A stretch of 57,718 nt of DNA from an uncultured bacterium (GCA_964593155.1 CAZQHE010000007.1:1-57718), one strand, 5' to 3'. Positions 32,287 to 41,038 are shown, counted from the first letter of the stretch. The notes: a model not told the origin generated them from the letters alone. Made by a program: numbers and translations.

Positions 32287-33029
32287 ACGGTGTCTCCTTG
32301 CACCATCGACAGGTCGTGGATGCGATCGAGATCGATCGACTCGCGGCAGGCCCGTGCCATGACGTCGACGTCGACCAGACCTTCGATCCGGTCGAGCGTC
32401 CCGAGCACGGGGACTGCGCACATCTCCTCGATCATGGCCGCGTTGTCGTCGACCGACGGATCGTCGGCCGCAGGGTCCCGCCCGTTCAGGACCACACCGA
32501 TCACCGGTGTCGCACGCTCGCGCGCGTAGCGCACGGTGAGGAAGGTGTGGTTGAGGGTTCCCAGGTGGGCACGGGCCACGATCAGCAGGGGGAGTCCGAG
32601 CAGTGTGGCCAGATCCGTGTAATCGAACAAGTGATCATCGTGTCCGAATTCGGCGATGGGCACCGAGAGGCCTCCGGCCCCCTCCACCACCACCACGTCG
32701 TGGCGGGCGGCAATGCGGGTGAAGGCCTCGGCGATGCGCTCGGGCTCGATCACGCGCCCCTCGCGGCGGGCGCCGACCAGCGGGGCGACCGGATCGACGA
32801 AGGTGTAGGGAACCACGGCTCCCAGGGCATCCATGGTCCGCGAGGCCAGGGCCAGCGTGCGCGCGTCGGCCGGCCAGGGACCGGCGACCCGGGGATCGTG
32901 TCCGGTCTCGGCGGGCTTCATCACGCCGACCTCGATGCCCGCGTCGCGCCAGGCGCGGGCGATGCCCGCGGCGACGAAGGTCTTGCCCACGCCGGTGTCG
33001 GTGCCGGTGACCAGCAGGCCGCCGCTCAC
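32283..33029 (-). CDS. bioD: Dethiobiotin synthetase
   Basis: LVTGTDTGVGKT, MKPAETG, VEGAGGL, LGTLNH. GTGA overlap with bioA. Confidence 0.96.
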   Translation of the reverse strand: MSGGLLVTGTDTGVGKTFVAAGIARAWRDAGIEVGVMKPAETGHDPRVAGPWPADARTLALASRTMDALGAVVPYTFVDPVAPLVGARREGRVIEPERIAEAFTRIAARHDVVVVEGAGGLSVPIAEFGHDDHLFDYTDLATLLGLPLLIVARAHLGTLNHTFLTVRYARERATPVIGVVLNGRDPAADDPSVDDNAAMIEEMCAVPVLGTLDRIEGLVDVDVMARACRESIDLDRIHDLSMVQGDTV

Positions 33030-34429
33030 GCGCGCCCCCGGGCCTCGCGGGCCACGCGTTCGGCGATCTGCGGCGTGACGTGCTCGAAGGCCCGAACCAG
33101 CAGGTCGAGCATCGCGTCGAGCTCCTCGGGCGTGCTCGACGGCGGCGGCATGAAGATCACCACGTTTCCGATCGGGCGGACGATCAATCCGAGCTCCCGT
33201 GCGTGGTCGGTGACGGCGTAGCCCGCGCGCCAGTCCGACGGCAGGGGCCGTGGGTCTTCGCGGTCGGTCACGAGTTCGATGCCGACCATCAGTCCGCGCC
33301 CGCGCACGTCGCCCACACAGGGCAGGTCGCGCAGCGCGGCCAGCTGTGACCAAACGCGATCGATCTTCGGCGGCAGCGACTCCATCACCGCCGGCATCTT
33401 CTCGAGACTGGCCAGGGCCACGGCGCAACCGAGCTGGTTGCCGGTGAAGCTGTGGCCGTGGTACAGCGCGCGTCGCCGCTCGCCGCGGAAGGCATCGTAC
33501 ACGCGGTCGGTCGCCATCGTGGCGGCCACCGGCAGATAACCCCCGGTGAGGCCCTTGCCCAGACACATCAGGTCGGGTGTGACGCCCTCGGCGTCGCAGG
33601 CGAACATGCGGCCTGTCTTGCCGAAGCCGGTCGCCACCTCGTCGACGATCATCAGCACGTCGTGGCGATCGCACAGCGATCGCAGGTCGCGCAGGAAACC
33701 TTCTGGTGCCGGCCGGACCCCGCCCGCTCCCTCGACCGGTTCGATGATCACCGCGGCGATGCGATCACCGTCGCCCTCGAGCAGCGCGGTAAGTTCGTCG
33801 AGCGTCGCGCGCCGGCACTCCTCGGGGTTCGTCGCGCCGCTCGGGTGACCGAACCAGTAGGGATACGCCACGCGCGGCTGTTCCGGCAGCATCGAAAGGA
33901 ACGGCCAGTGGAACACGGGATCGGGCGCCACCGACATCGCCCCGATCGTGTCGCCATGGTAGTTCTCGGTGAAGCCCACCACGTGGCGTTTCTCGGCGCG
34001 GTCCTGGTTGGCGAAGAACTGGATCGCCGCCTTGAGCGCGATCTCCACCGCCGTCGCCCCGCTGTCGGAGAAGAACACGCGCTCGAGTCCTTCGGGTGTG
34101 ACGTCCACCAGGCGCTTCGCGAGCACCGAGGCGGGAACGTTGCCCGCGCCGAGGAGCGTGGAGTGCGCGATCCGATCGATCTGCTCGCGGATCGACGCGT
34201 CGAGGTCGGGGTCGCGGTGGCCGTGCACGTTCAACCAGATCGAACTCGAGCCGTCCCAGTACCAGCGACCCTCGGTGTCCTGCAACCTCCGGCCCTCGCC
34301 CCGAACGATCACCGGCGGCGACGCCGCCACGTAGTCGTCCATGGGCGTGAAGGGATGCCACACGTGTTCGAGGTCGAAGCGCCGCACGTCTTCGGGTTCG
34401 AAGCCGAAGAAGGGATCGTAAGTGGTCAT
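33026..34429 (-). CDS. bioA: KAPA/DAPA aminotransferase
   Basis: VWHPFT, WLNVHGH, IAHSTLLG, YHGDT, DEVATGFG, LGKGLTGGY, HGHSFTGN. ATGA overlap with the upstream gene. Confidence 0.95.
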   Translation of the reverse strand: MTTYDPFFGFEPEDVRRFDLEHVWHPFTPMDDYVAASPPVIVRGEGRRLQDTEGRWYWDGSSSIWLNVHGHRDPDLDASIREQIDRIAHSTLLGAGNVPASVLAKRLVDVTPEGLERVFFSDSGATAVEIALKAAIQFFANQDRAEKRHVVGFTENYHGDTIGAMSVAPDPVFHWPFLSMLPEQPRVAYPYWFGHPSGATNPEECRRATLDELTALLEGDGDRIAAVIIEPVEGAGGVRPAPEGFLRDLRSLCDRHDVLMIVDEVATGFGKTGRMFACDAEGVTPDLMCLGKGLTGGYLPVAATMATDRVYDAFRGERRRALYHGHSFTGNQLGCAVALASLEKMPAVMESLPPKIDRVWSQLAALRDLPCVGDVRGRGLMVGIELVTDREDPRPLPSDWRAGYAVTDHARELGLIVRPIGNVVIFMPPPSSTPEELDAMLDLLVRAFEHVTPQIAERVAREARGRA

Positions 34430-35439
34430 GGGTGTCTCTCCTCGTCGGACCGACTCCACTCCACCACCGCGGCCGCCTCCACCAGACCGGCCCCCACGGC
34501 GCTGAGCAGCAGGGTCCCCGGACACGCGGCGAACCGGCGGTGCAACGACAGTGCGGTCGGGATGCTCGCGGCCGAGCTGTTCCCCCAGGTCGGCAGGATG
34601 TCGACGCGGCGCGCGGGGTCGATGCCCAGCTCGTTGCCGGCGCGGTCGAGGATCCGGCGGTTGGCCTGGTGGGGGATCCAGGCGTCGAGGTCGTCCGCCG
34701 TGCGTCCGGCGTCGTCGAGGGCCGCCCGTGAGGAGCGCACCATACCGCGGACGGCCTCCTGGAACACCACCGAACCCCGCTCGATGCGCAGGAAGTGCAG
34801 GCCCTCCTTCAGGGCGTCGGCGTCGAAGGGACGGACGCTGCCGCCGGCGACCACGCGGATCGCGTCGGCGTGGCGGGCGTCGGACCCCACGCGCAGGGAC
34901 CGGATGCGCGCGGCGGGGCCTGCCGTACGCTCGGGAGCGAGGACCACGGCACCCGCGCCGTCGGCGAACACGGCCCGCGACCCCGCGTCGTGGGGATCGA
35001 GCCGGCGGCTCAACACGTTCGAGGCGACCACCAGGACGGGCGTGCCGAAGGCCGTGACCCACCCGGCCCCGACGCCGAGGCCGTACAGGAATCCCGCGCA
35101 CGCCCCGGCCAGGTCGAAGCCGCCCGCGCCGGGCGCGCCGATGCCGGCGGCGACCCGTGGAGCCGTCGGTGGGAGCAGGTGGTCGGGCGTGCTCGTGGCC
35201 AGGACGACCAGGCCGATCGAGCCGGCACCGAGGGCCGCGTCCTCGAGCGCCGCGGCGCCGGCCTCGATGGCCAGGTCCGAACACGCCTGCCCCGGCGAGC
35301 AGATCCGGCGCGCGTGGATACCCGTGCGCCGTTCGATCCATCCCGCCTCGAGGCCGAGTTCCGCCTCGAGTTCGGCGTTGTCCAGCGACACACCCGGACT
35401 TGCGTGGCCGGTCCCGACGATGAATGCTTCGTGAGCCAT
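34426..35439 (-). CDS. bioZ: FabH-like condensing enzyme, BioZ-type (putative pimeloyl-ACP precursor synthase)
   Basis: Cys-His-Asn triad (DLAGACAGF, PHQAN, GNSSAAS); LGLEAGWIERRTGI, ATSTPDHLLPP and NVLSRR resemble BioZ as recalled; first gene of the coupled bio operon. Confidence 0.75.
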   Translation of the reverse strand: MAHEAFIVGTGHASPGVSLDNAELEAELGLEAGWIERRTGIHARRICSPGQACSDLAIEAGAAALEDAALGAGSIGLVVLATSTPDHLLPPTAPRVAAGIGAPGAGGFDLAGACAGFLYGLGVGAGWVTAFGTPVLVVASNVLSRRLDPHDAGSRAVFADGAGAVVLAPERTAGPAARIRSLRVGSDARHADAIRVVAGGSVRPFDADALKEGLHFLRIERGSVVFQEAVRGMVRSSRAALDDAGRTADDLDAWIPHQANRRILDRAGNELGIDPARRVDILPTWGNSSAASIPTALSLHRRFAACPGTLLLSAVGAGLVEAAAVVEWSRSDEERHP

Positions 35440-35476
35440 GCCGAAGGCGGAACCCCGTAGGAAGGGCGAAGGGACG

Positions 35477-36607
35477 ATGGACCGACGGACCTGGGACGAA
35501 CGGCTGCGCGCCGAGGAACGGCAGGGTCTGCGTCGCCGTCTGCCCGACCCGCGGTCCGGGTCCGTCGACCTCGACTTCGCGAGCAACGACTACCTGGGGC
35601 TGCGCCGGGATCCGCGGGTGGTCGCGGCGGCCCACGAGGCCCTCGACCGCGACGGCGTCGGTTCGGGAGCATCGCGTCTGCTCGGTGGAAACGCCACCGC
35701 GCACGTCGAACTCGAAGCCGATCTCGCGCGGTTGAAGGGAACCGACGCGGCGCTGGTCTTCTCGTCCGGATACGCGGCGAATCTAGGCCTGCTGACCGCG
35801 ATCAGCGAACCGGAAGACGTGATCTACTGCGACCGCCTCGACCACGCCAGCCTGGTCGACGGTGCCCGGCTGGCCCGGGCCGAGCTGCGATTCTACCGCC
35901 ACGGAGATCCCGAACACCTCGGCCGGCAGCTCGCCCGACGCCGCGCCGGCGGGCGAGCGTGGGTGGTGACCGACGGCGTGTTCAGCATGGACGGCGTGCT
36001 CGCGCCCCTGCCCGCGATCGCCGAGGTCGCCGGCGAGGCCGGCGCCACGCTGATCGTGGACGACGCGCATGCGACGGGCGTCGTGGGTCCCGAAGGAGCC
36101 GGAACCCTGCGGCACTTCGACCTCGCTCCCGAGGGCATCGTCCAGATGGGCACGTTGTCGAAGGCTCTGGGGTGCCAGGGCGGCTTCGTGGCCGGCCCGG
36201 CGGATCTCGTCGCCTGGCTCGTACAGCGGGCGCGGTCGTTCGTGTACAGCACCGGCCTCGCGCTGCCCATCGCCGCCGCGGCCCGGCGGGCGATCGAACT
36301 CGCCCGCGACGACGACCTGCGCGCACGCCGGCAGCGGTCCTTCGACCGCCTGCACCAGGGTCTGGTGGGTCAGGGATGGACGGTGTGGGGCGAGAGTCCG
36401 GCCCCCATGCTGGCCGTGATCGTCGAGAGTGCCGAGACGGCGGTGTCGCTGTCGGCCGCGTTGGCCGAGCGCGGGGTGGTCGTGCCCGCGATCCGCCCAC
36501 CGACGGTGCCCCGCGACGCCTGCCGTCTGCGGCTGGCCCCCACGGCGGCCATGGACGACGCGGCGATCGATCGCGCGCTCGGGGTGTTCGCGTCGGTGCG
36601 GGGCTGA
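35477..36607 (+). CDS. bioF: 8-amino-7-oxononanoate synthase
   Basis: FASNDYLGL, GSGASRL, FSSGYAAN, DRLDHAS, DGVFSMDG, DDAHATG, GTLSKALG, IRPPTVP. Confidence 0.94.
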   Translation: MDRRTWDERLRAEERQGLRRRLPDPRSGSVDLDFASNDYLGLRRDPRVVAAAHEALDRDGVGSGASRLLGGNATAHVELEADLARLKGTDAALVFSSGYAANLGLLTAISEPEDVIYCDRLDHASLVDGARLARAELRFYRHGDPEHLGRQLARRRAGGRAWVVTDGVFSMDGVLAPLPAIAEVAGEAGATLIVDDAHATGVVGPEGAGTLRHFDLAPEGIVQMGTLSKALGCQGGFVAGPADLVAWLVQRARSFVYSTGLALPIAAAARRAIELARDDDLRARRQRSFDRLHQGLVGQGWTVWGESPAPMLAVIVESAETAVSLSAALAERGVVVPAIRPPTVPRDACRLRLAPTAAMDDAAIDRALGVFASVRG

Positions 36608-36611
36608 GGGC

Positions 36612-36872
36612 TCAGCGCCGGCCGATCTCCTTGCAGCGGTGCACCACGCTCTTCGGCGGGTCCAGCAGCCAGTCGCGGCCGACCGGCTCCATCGTGTCCT
36701 CCGAGGCACGCGCCCAGGCGGCGACCATGCGCCGCGACTCGCGGTGACGCAGCAGGTGCTCGTTGACCTCGAAGACGACGGCCTCGATCAGGTCGCCGTC
36801 GGACCAGGCCACGAGCATCTCGTCGCCGATCTCCTTGTCGCGCGTGTAGCCCCACTTCTTCGGTGCTGCCAT
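36612..36872 (-). CDS. Hypothetical 86-aa soluble protein
   Basis: GGAGAGGA RBS and typical codon usage; directly follows the sigma-like gene. Confidence 0.6.
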   Translation of the reverse strand: MAAPKKWGYTRDKEIGDEMLVAWSDGDLIEAVVFEVNEHLLRHRESRRMVAAWARASEDTMEPVGRDWLLDPPKSVVHRCKEIGRR

Positions 36873-36890
36873 GACGTCCTCTCCTCCCGA

Positions 36891-37649
36891 TCAGCGGTGC
36901 TGCAGCGCGGGACCGGTGCTGCGGTCCTCGTCGGTCTCCATGGTGGTCTCGCCGTACAGGCGGTGCACGACCACCCGCAGCAGGGCGTGCCGCTGCTCGT
37001 GCGGCATCTCCCAGGCGTCGCCCACCGCGCGGATCGGCTGGAGGTAGCCGAGCAGCCGGTCGAGCAGCTTGCCCACCCGCTCCGGCGTGCCCACGCGGAA
37101 GATCTGGTCGAGCTCGCGCAGGGTCAGGCCCTGCTCGTAGCGGAAGCCCAGCATGAGGCGGTCGCGGCGGTGCAGGACCCCGATCACGCGCTTCATGGCC
37201 ACGAAGAAGCGCTCGCCCTCCTTCTCGAGCAGTTCGGCGTACTTCGGCTCGAGCACCGGAACGGGCTGGTCGGGATCGTCGAGAGCGATGGCCGGGTCGA
37301 CCGGCGGGTACTCGCGCGCGCGGCGTGCCTCGCTCATGACCGGCGTCTTCTGGAGGATCCGGACCAGCTCGCTCGCCCACTTGCCGTAGCCCACGTAGTC
37401 GCGGATCACGGCGAAGTCGCCACGGGCAATGGCCTCGAAGGTCTGGACCGTGGCCTCTTCGGCCAGGGCGTCGCGGTTGCCCAGGTGGTCGGCCATGCGC
37501 AGGGCCATGGAGTGGACGATCGGCGCCGAGGCGTCGACCAGCTCGTCCCAGTGGGCCGGGGGGTCTTCCTTGGCGCGCTGCACCAGTCGCTGGTAGTCGA
37601 CGTTGCGCAGGTGGGGATGACGGAGGATCAACAGGTCGAGGTGTCGCAT
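36891..37649 (-). CDS. Atypical ECF sigma70-like protein
   Basis: Region 2-like WDELVDASAPIVHSMA...AEEATVQTF; region 4-like RRDRLMLGFRYEQGLTLREL. Confidence 0.6.
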   Translation of the reverse strand: MRHLDLLILRHPHLRNVDYQRLVQRAKEDPPAHWDELVDASAPIVHSMALRMADHLGNRDALAEEATVQTFEAIARGDFAVIRDYVGYGKWASELVRILQKTPVMSEARRAREYPPVDPAIALDDPDQPVPVLEPKYAELLEKEGERFFVAMKRVIGVLHRRDRLMLGFRYEQGLTLRELDQIFRVGTPERVGKLLDRLLGYLQPIRAVGDAWEMPHEQRHALLRVVVHRLYGETTMETDEDRSTGPALQHR

Positions 37650-37766
37650 GCCGCGGTCGCCGACGGAACCGTTCGGCGGAACGGGTCGGAGGGTCCTGGA
37701 TCCGGCGCGGCCGGTGGCCCGCGCGCGCGCCCGCGCCTATGATGCGCATCGGGAGGCGGCTCCGCC

Positions 37767-38015
37767 ATGACGAAACACCCGGACGACCACGAAGATCACG
37801 AAGATCAGGAGTCCGACGGCCAGGGCCGGCGACGGATCCGTCTGCGCCCGCGCTCCGGCTCCGAGCACCGTTTCGGCTTCGCCCGTCGCTGGGAGGCGCG
37901 CCGCCGCTCCCGGAGTTCGCGGTCGATCTGGGCGCTGGTCGGCCTCGACATCGGGGCACTGCTGCTGATCTACCTGGTCGCCCGCGAGGTCGTCCGCCGC
38001 CTCGGCGGCGACTGA
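37767..38015 (+). CDS. Hypothetical small protein with C-terminal TM
   Basis: GGGAGG upstream; charged N-terminus, then IWALVGLDIGALLLIYLVA. Confidence 0.5.
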   Translation: MTKHPDDHEDHEDQESDGQGRRRIRLRPRSGSEHRFGFARRWEARRRSRSSRSIWALVGLDIGALLLIYLVAREVVRRLGGD

Positions 38016-38064
38016 CCCGGCCTGGCCAGCGCCGCACCGCTGGTGCTAGCTTGGTCGCACGGGC

Positions 38065-38138
38065 TGGCCCGTCGTCTAAGGGTAGGACTCTGGGTTTTGG
38101 TCCCAGCTGTGGGGGTTCGAATCCTCCCGGGCCAGCCA
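38065..38138 (+). tRNA. tRNA-Gln (anticodon TTG), CCA encoded
   Basis: Acceptor stem TGGCCCG/CGGGCCA, anticodon arm CTGGG-TTTTGGT-CCCAG, T-arm GGTTCGAATCC. Extended -10 TGcTAGCTT at 38044-38052. Confidence 0.96.
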
Positions 38139-38228
38139 TTCGTGCTCGCCGCCACCGCGCGCGCCGGGCCGTCGTCCGATGCGGATGGTCTCAGTGCGGA
38201 CCGGCGAAAACGAAAGCGCCGGAACGCC

Positions 38229-38256
38229 TTGACGCGCCTTCTGGTGCAACTATACT
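38229..38256 (+). promoter_or_regulatory. Sigma70-type promoter of the atp operon
   Basis: TTGACG-16 nt-TATACT. Confidence 0.7.
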
Positions 38257-38330
38257 GGCGCGGTCACTCGCGGGCGGAGGTGGCCCGGACACCCCTCGGA
38301 GCGCGTGCGGCGCGCGAAGGGGCGGGGCCG

Positions 38331-38618
38331 ATGGCAGACCGATCCCCCGAAGACCGAGCGAGCGAATGGGTCCGCAAGCGGGCCGGTCAGGCCCGGGACA
38401 TCGGGGTCGCGACCACGATCCCCACCATGCTCGCCGTCGGTCTCATCGGCGGTTATTTCGTCGGTGACTGGCTGGAGGGACGTTACGGATACGATCCCTG
38501 GCTCAGCTTCGGTGGTCTGGTCCTGGGCGGAGTCGCGAGTGTCCGGAAGATGATCATGATGCTGCGCGACGAACAGCGCAGGAAGTCCCGGCGGAACCGG
38601 CCCGGCCGATCCGCCTGA
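38331..38618 (+). CDS. atpZ: AtpZ/AtpI-family ATP synthase accessory protein
   Basis: Two TMs, GGYFVGDWLEGRYGYDPW..GGLVLG; first gene of the operon. Confidence 0.85.
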   Translation: MADRSPEDRASEWVRKRAGQARDIGVATTIPTMLAVGLIGGYFVGDWLEGRYGYDPWLSFGGLVLGGVASVRKMIMMLRDEQRRKSRRNRPGRSA

Positions 38619-38655
38619 AGTTCGAACCTCCACGCGGCTGTTCCGTCCCCGCCCG

Positions 38656-39105
38656 ATGCCCACCCACCCCGCGCCAACCGGTCCGAAGAAGGCCGTCGAA
38701 CCCGACGAGGCCTTTCTGCGCCGTGTCCACCAGGCGAACGTGGGTCTGAGCCTTCTCTTCGGGCTGCTGCTGCTCTTCGCCGTCGACCCACACTGGGCCG
38801 CGGGCTTCACCGCCTTCGGGCTCTGGAGCGCCGCCAACCTCTGGGTGCTCGAGCGTCTGCTGCGCGCCGCCATCCGACCGGGCGACCGCGATCCGGTGAC
38901 GATCGCCGTCGTCGCGGTGGTGAAGCTGCCGATCCTCTACGGGGGGCTGGTCGCGCTGCTCCTCCTCGGCGACTTCCCGCCCTTCTCGATCGTCACCGGT
39001 CTGTCGGTGCCGCTGGTCGTGATCTTCCTGAAGGCGCTGGGCCACGTCGTCGCGCGCCCGACGACCGCCTCCACCTCGCCGTCCTCGAGCGATTCGCGGA
39101 GCTGA
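38656..39105 (+). CDS. atpI: ATP synthase protein I
   Basis: Four hydrophobic helices directly upstream of atpB. Confidence 0.75.
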   Translation: MPTHPAPTGPKKAVEPDEAFLRRVHQANVGLSLLFGLLLLFAVDPHWAAGFTAFGLWSAANLWVLERLLRAAIRPGDRDPVTIAVVAVVKLPILYGGLVALLLLGDFPPFSIVTGLSVPLVVIFLKALGHVVARPTTASTSPSSSDSRS

Positions 39106-39108
39106 ACG

Positions 39109-40044
39109 ATGTCCCGACGCCTGCTGCTCTCCCTGGTCGCGCTCCTCGCCCTCTGCCTGGCGCCGGACGGCGTCCACGCGGCCGAGGCGGCGGATGCGTC
39201 CGACGGCGAACACGGAACCTACGGCAACGGGAAGGAGAAGCACCTCGAGCAGTACGACATGCTCCCGCACCTCTTCCAGGTGCTGCGGTACACGGTGTTC
39301 TCCGACTCCTACGAGTTCTACAAGTATTCGAAGATGTTCGAGGCCCCGTTCTTCGCGGCGCTGGCGGTGCTGTTCCTGAGCCTGGTGGCGCGCCGGCTGT
39401 ACAAGAACCGCTCCGAGCTGCCGGACCGCCTGCAGGCCCTGTTCGAGATCCTCGTCGAGCAGACCCTGAACATCACCAACACGATGATGGGCGAGGAGTA
39501 CGGGCGGAAGTACGCGCCCTTCGTCGCCACCATCTTCGTGTACCTGCTGGTGCAGAACTATTCGGGGATCATTCCGCTGGGCAAGGCGCCGTCGGCGGTC
39601 TTCCTGAACAACTTCTCGATCGCGCTGTGCGTGTTCCTGTACGTGCAGTACACCGGCCTGAAGCGACAGGGGTTCGTCGGCTACCTCCACCACCTGGCGG
39701 GCTCGCCGAACAATCTCGTGGGGTGGTTGCTGGCACCGCTGATGTTCGTGCTCGAGCTCATCGGCGAGTTCGCCAAGCCGATCAGCCTGAGCCTCCGACT
39801 CTTCGGCAACATCTTCGGCAAGGACATGCTGCTGGCCGTGTTCGCGCTGCTGGGGGTGGTCGCGCTGTCGGCGCTGCCGACCGACGGCTGGATCGGGTTG
39901 CCGCTGCACTTCCCGTTCTTCTTCCTGGCCCTCCTCCTCGGGCTCATCCAGGCGGTGGTCTTCGCGCTGCTCACGACCGTCTACATCAGCATGATGTTGC
40001 CGCACGAACACGAGCCGCTGCACGAGGAAGAAGCGCACGCTTGA
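39109..40044 (+). CDS. atpB: F0 subunit a
   Basis: PDRLQALFE, IGEFAKPISLSLRLFGN (essential Arg), GLIQAVVFALLTTVYI. Confidence 0.96.
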   Translation: MSRRLLLSLVALLALCLAPDGVHAAEAADASDGEHGTYGNGKEKHLEQYDMLPHLFQVLRYTVFSDSYEFYKYSKMFEAPFFAALAVLFLSLVARRLYKNRSELPDRLQALFEILVEQTLNITNTMMGEEYGRKYAPFVATIFVYLLVQNYSGIIPLGKAPSAVFLNNFSIALCVFLYVQYTGLKRQGFVGYLHHLAGSPNNLVGWLLAPLMFVLELIGEFAKPISLSLRLFGNIFGKDMLLAVFALLGVVALSALPTDGWIGLPLHFPFFFLALLLGLIQAVVFALLTTVYISMMLPHEHEPLHEEEAHA

Positions 40045-40167
40045 CGAGGTTTTCCGCGGGCTCGATCCCGCACTCCAGGGGCTCCGGCCCCGCATCCGAG
40101 GCGGACGACGTCCGTCGACAACGGAGCTCCGGCTCCACCAAGGGCAGAAGAACAAGGAGAACGTCAC

Positions 40168-40395
40168 ATGGATCTTCTCGGACTCGCCATTCCTCTGGGT
40201 CTGGCCATCACCGGTTTCGGTTGCGCCCTCGGCCTGGGTCGCGCCATCAGTGCGGCCATGGACGCCATGAGCCGCCAGCCCGAGGCCATCGGCCAGATCC
40301 AGACGGCCATGATCATCGGTTGTGCGCTCATCGAGGCCCTCGCCATCTACGCGTTGGTCATCTCGTTCGTGTTGCAGGGCAAGGTCAGCGGTTAG
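40168..40395 (+). CDS. atpE: F0 subunit c
   Basis: GxGxG helix, RQPE loop, ALIEAL (ion-binding Glu). The Na+-type Q...ES/T motif is absent, so probably H+-coupled. Confidence 0.97.
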   Translation: MDLLGLAIPLGLAITGFGCALGLGRAISAAMDAMSRQPEAIGQIQTAMIIGCALIEALAIYALVISFVLQGKVSG

Positions 40396-40424
40396 TCGTC
40401 GTTGCCCTCTCTGCCCTTGCGGTC

Positions 40425-40450
40425 GGGGGTGGTCGGAGTGGACCGCCCCC
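40425..40450 (+). terminator. Stem-loop between atpE and atpF (mRNA stabiliser or attenuator)
   Basis: GGGGGTGGTC-6 nt-GACCGCCCCC. Confidence 0.5.
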
Positions 40451-40522
40451 ACCCGACGTCGAGCGACGTGACGGGGGCACCGTGACACCCAACACTCGCA
40501 GTGGAACGAACGGGGAGTCCCG

Positions 40523-41038
40523 ATGGAAGTTCTGACCAAAGGCCTCGAACTCGTCGACATCGGCAAGATCCTGGTCACGAACGTCATCGCGTTCCTGATC
40601 CTGGTGTGGGTCCTCGCCAAGTACGCGTGGGGCCCGATGATGTCGGTGCTCGACCAGCGCCGCGACAAGATCAAGTCGGAGTACGACGCCGCGGCGGACA
40701 AGCTCGGCGAGGCGGAACAGCTCCGGCAGGACTACGACTCGAAGCTGGCCGAGATCAAGGCGCTCGAGCGCGAGCGCGTGCAGGAAGCGGTCAAGCGAGG
40801 CGAGGAGATCGCCGCCCGCATCGAGCAGGACGCCCGAGACAAGGCCGGCGACTTCATGACCCGGGCCGAGGCGGAACTCGACCGCGAGGTCGGCGCCGCG
40901 CGCCTGGAGCTACGCGAGCAGGTCGTGAGCATGGCCCTGGCCGCGGCCGAGAAGGTCGTCAACGAGAAGCTCGACGACGCCAAGCACCGCGAGCTCGTCG
41001 AGGGTTTCATCCAGGACCTGGGAGACGTTCGTGGCTGA
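40523..41038 (+). CDS. atpF: F0 subunit b
   Basis: FLILVWVLAKYAWGPMMSVLDQRRDKI plus a long charged helix. Confidence 0.95.
   Translation: MEVLTKGLELVDIGKILVTNVIAFLILVWVLAKYAWGPMMSVLDQRRDKIKSEYDAAADKLGEAEQLRQDYDSKLAEIKALERERVQEAVKRGEEIAARIEQDARDKAGDFMTRAEAELDREVGAARLELREQVVSMALAAAEKVVNEKLDDAKHRELVEGFIQDLGDVRG

Noticed and set aside
33026-35704. 892-aa ORF suggesting a BioA fusion, and similar N-terminal extensions on bioD, gyrB, cca and the decarboxylase
   Set aside because: The extensions overlap neighbouring genes in other frames; true starts are set by 4-bp overlaps or RBSs.
38065-38138. tRNA-Gln as an island integration site
   Set aside because: No integrase in the window, and I noticed no duplicated tRNA 3' end.
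40168-40395. Na+-coupled or N-type ATPase (atpZ present)
   Set aside because: Subunit c lacks the Q...ES/T Na+ signature and the gene order is canonical F-type.
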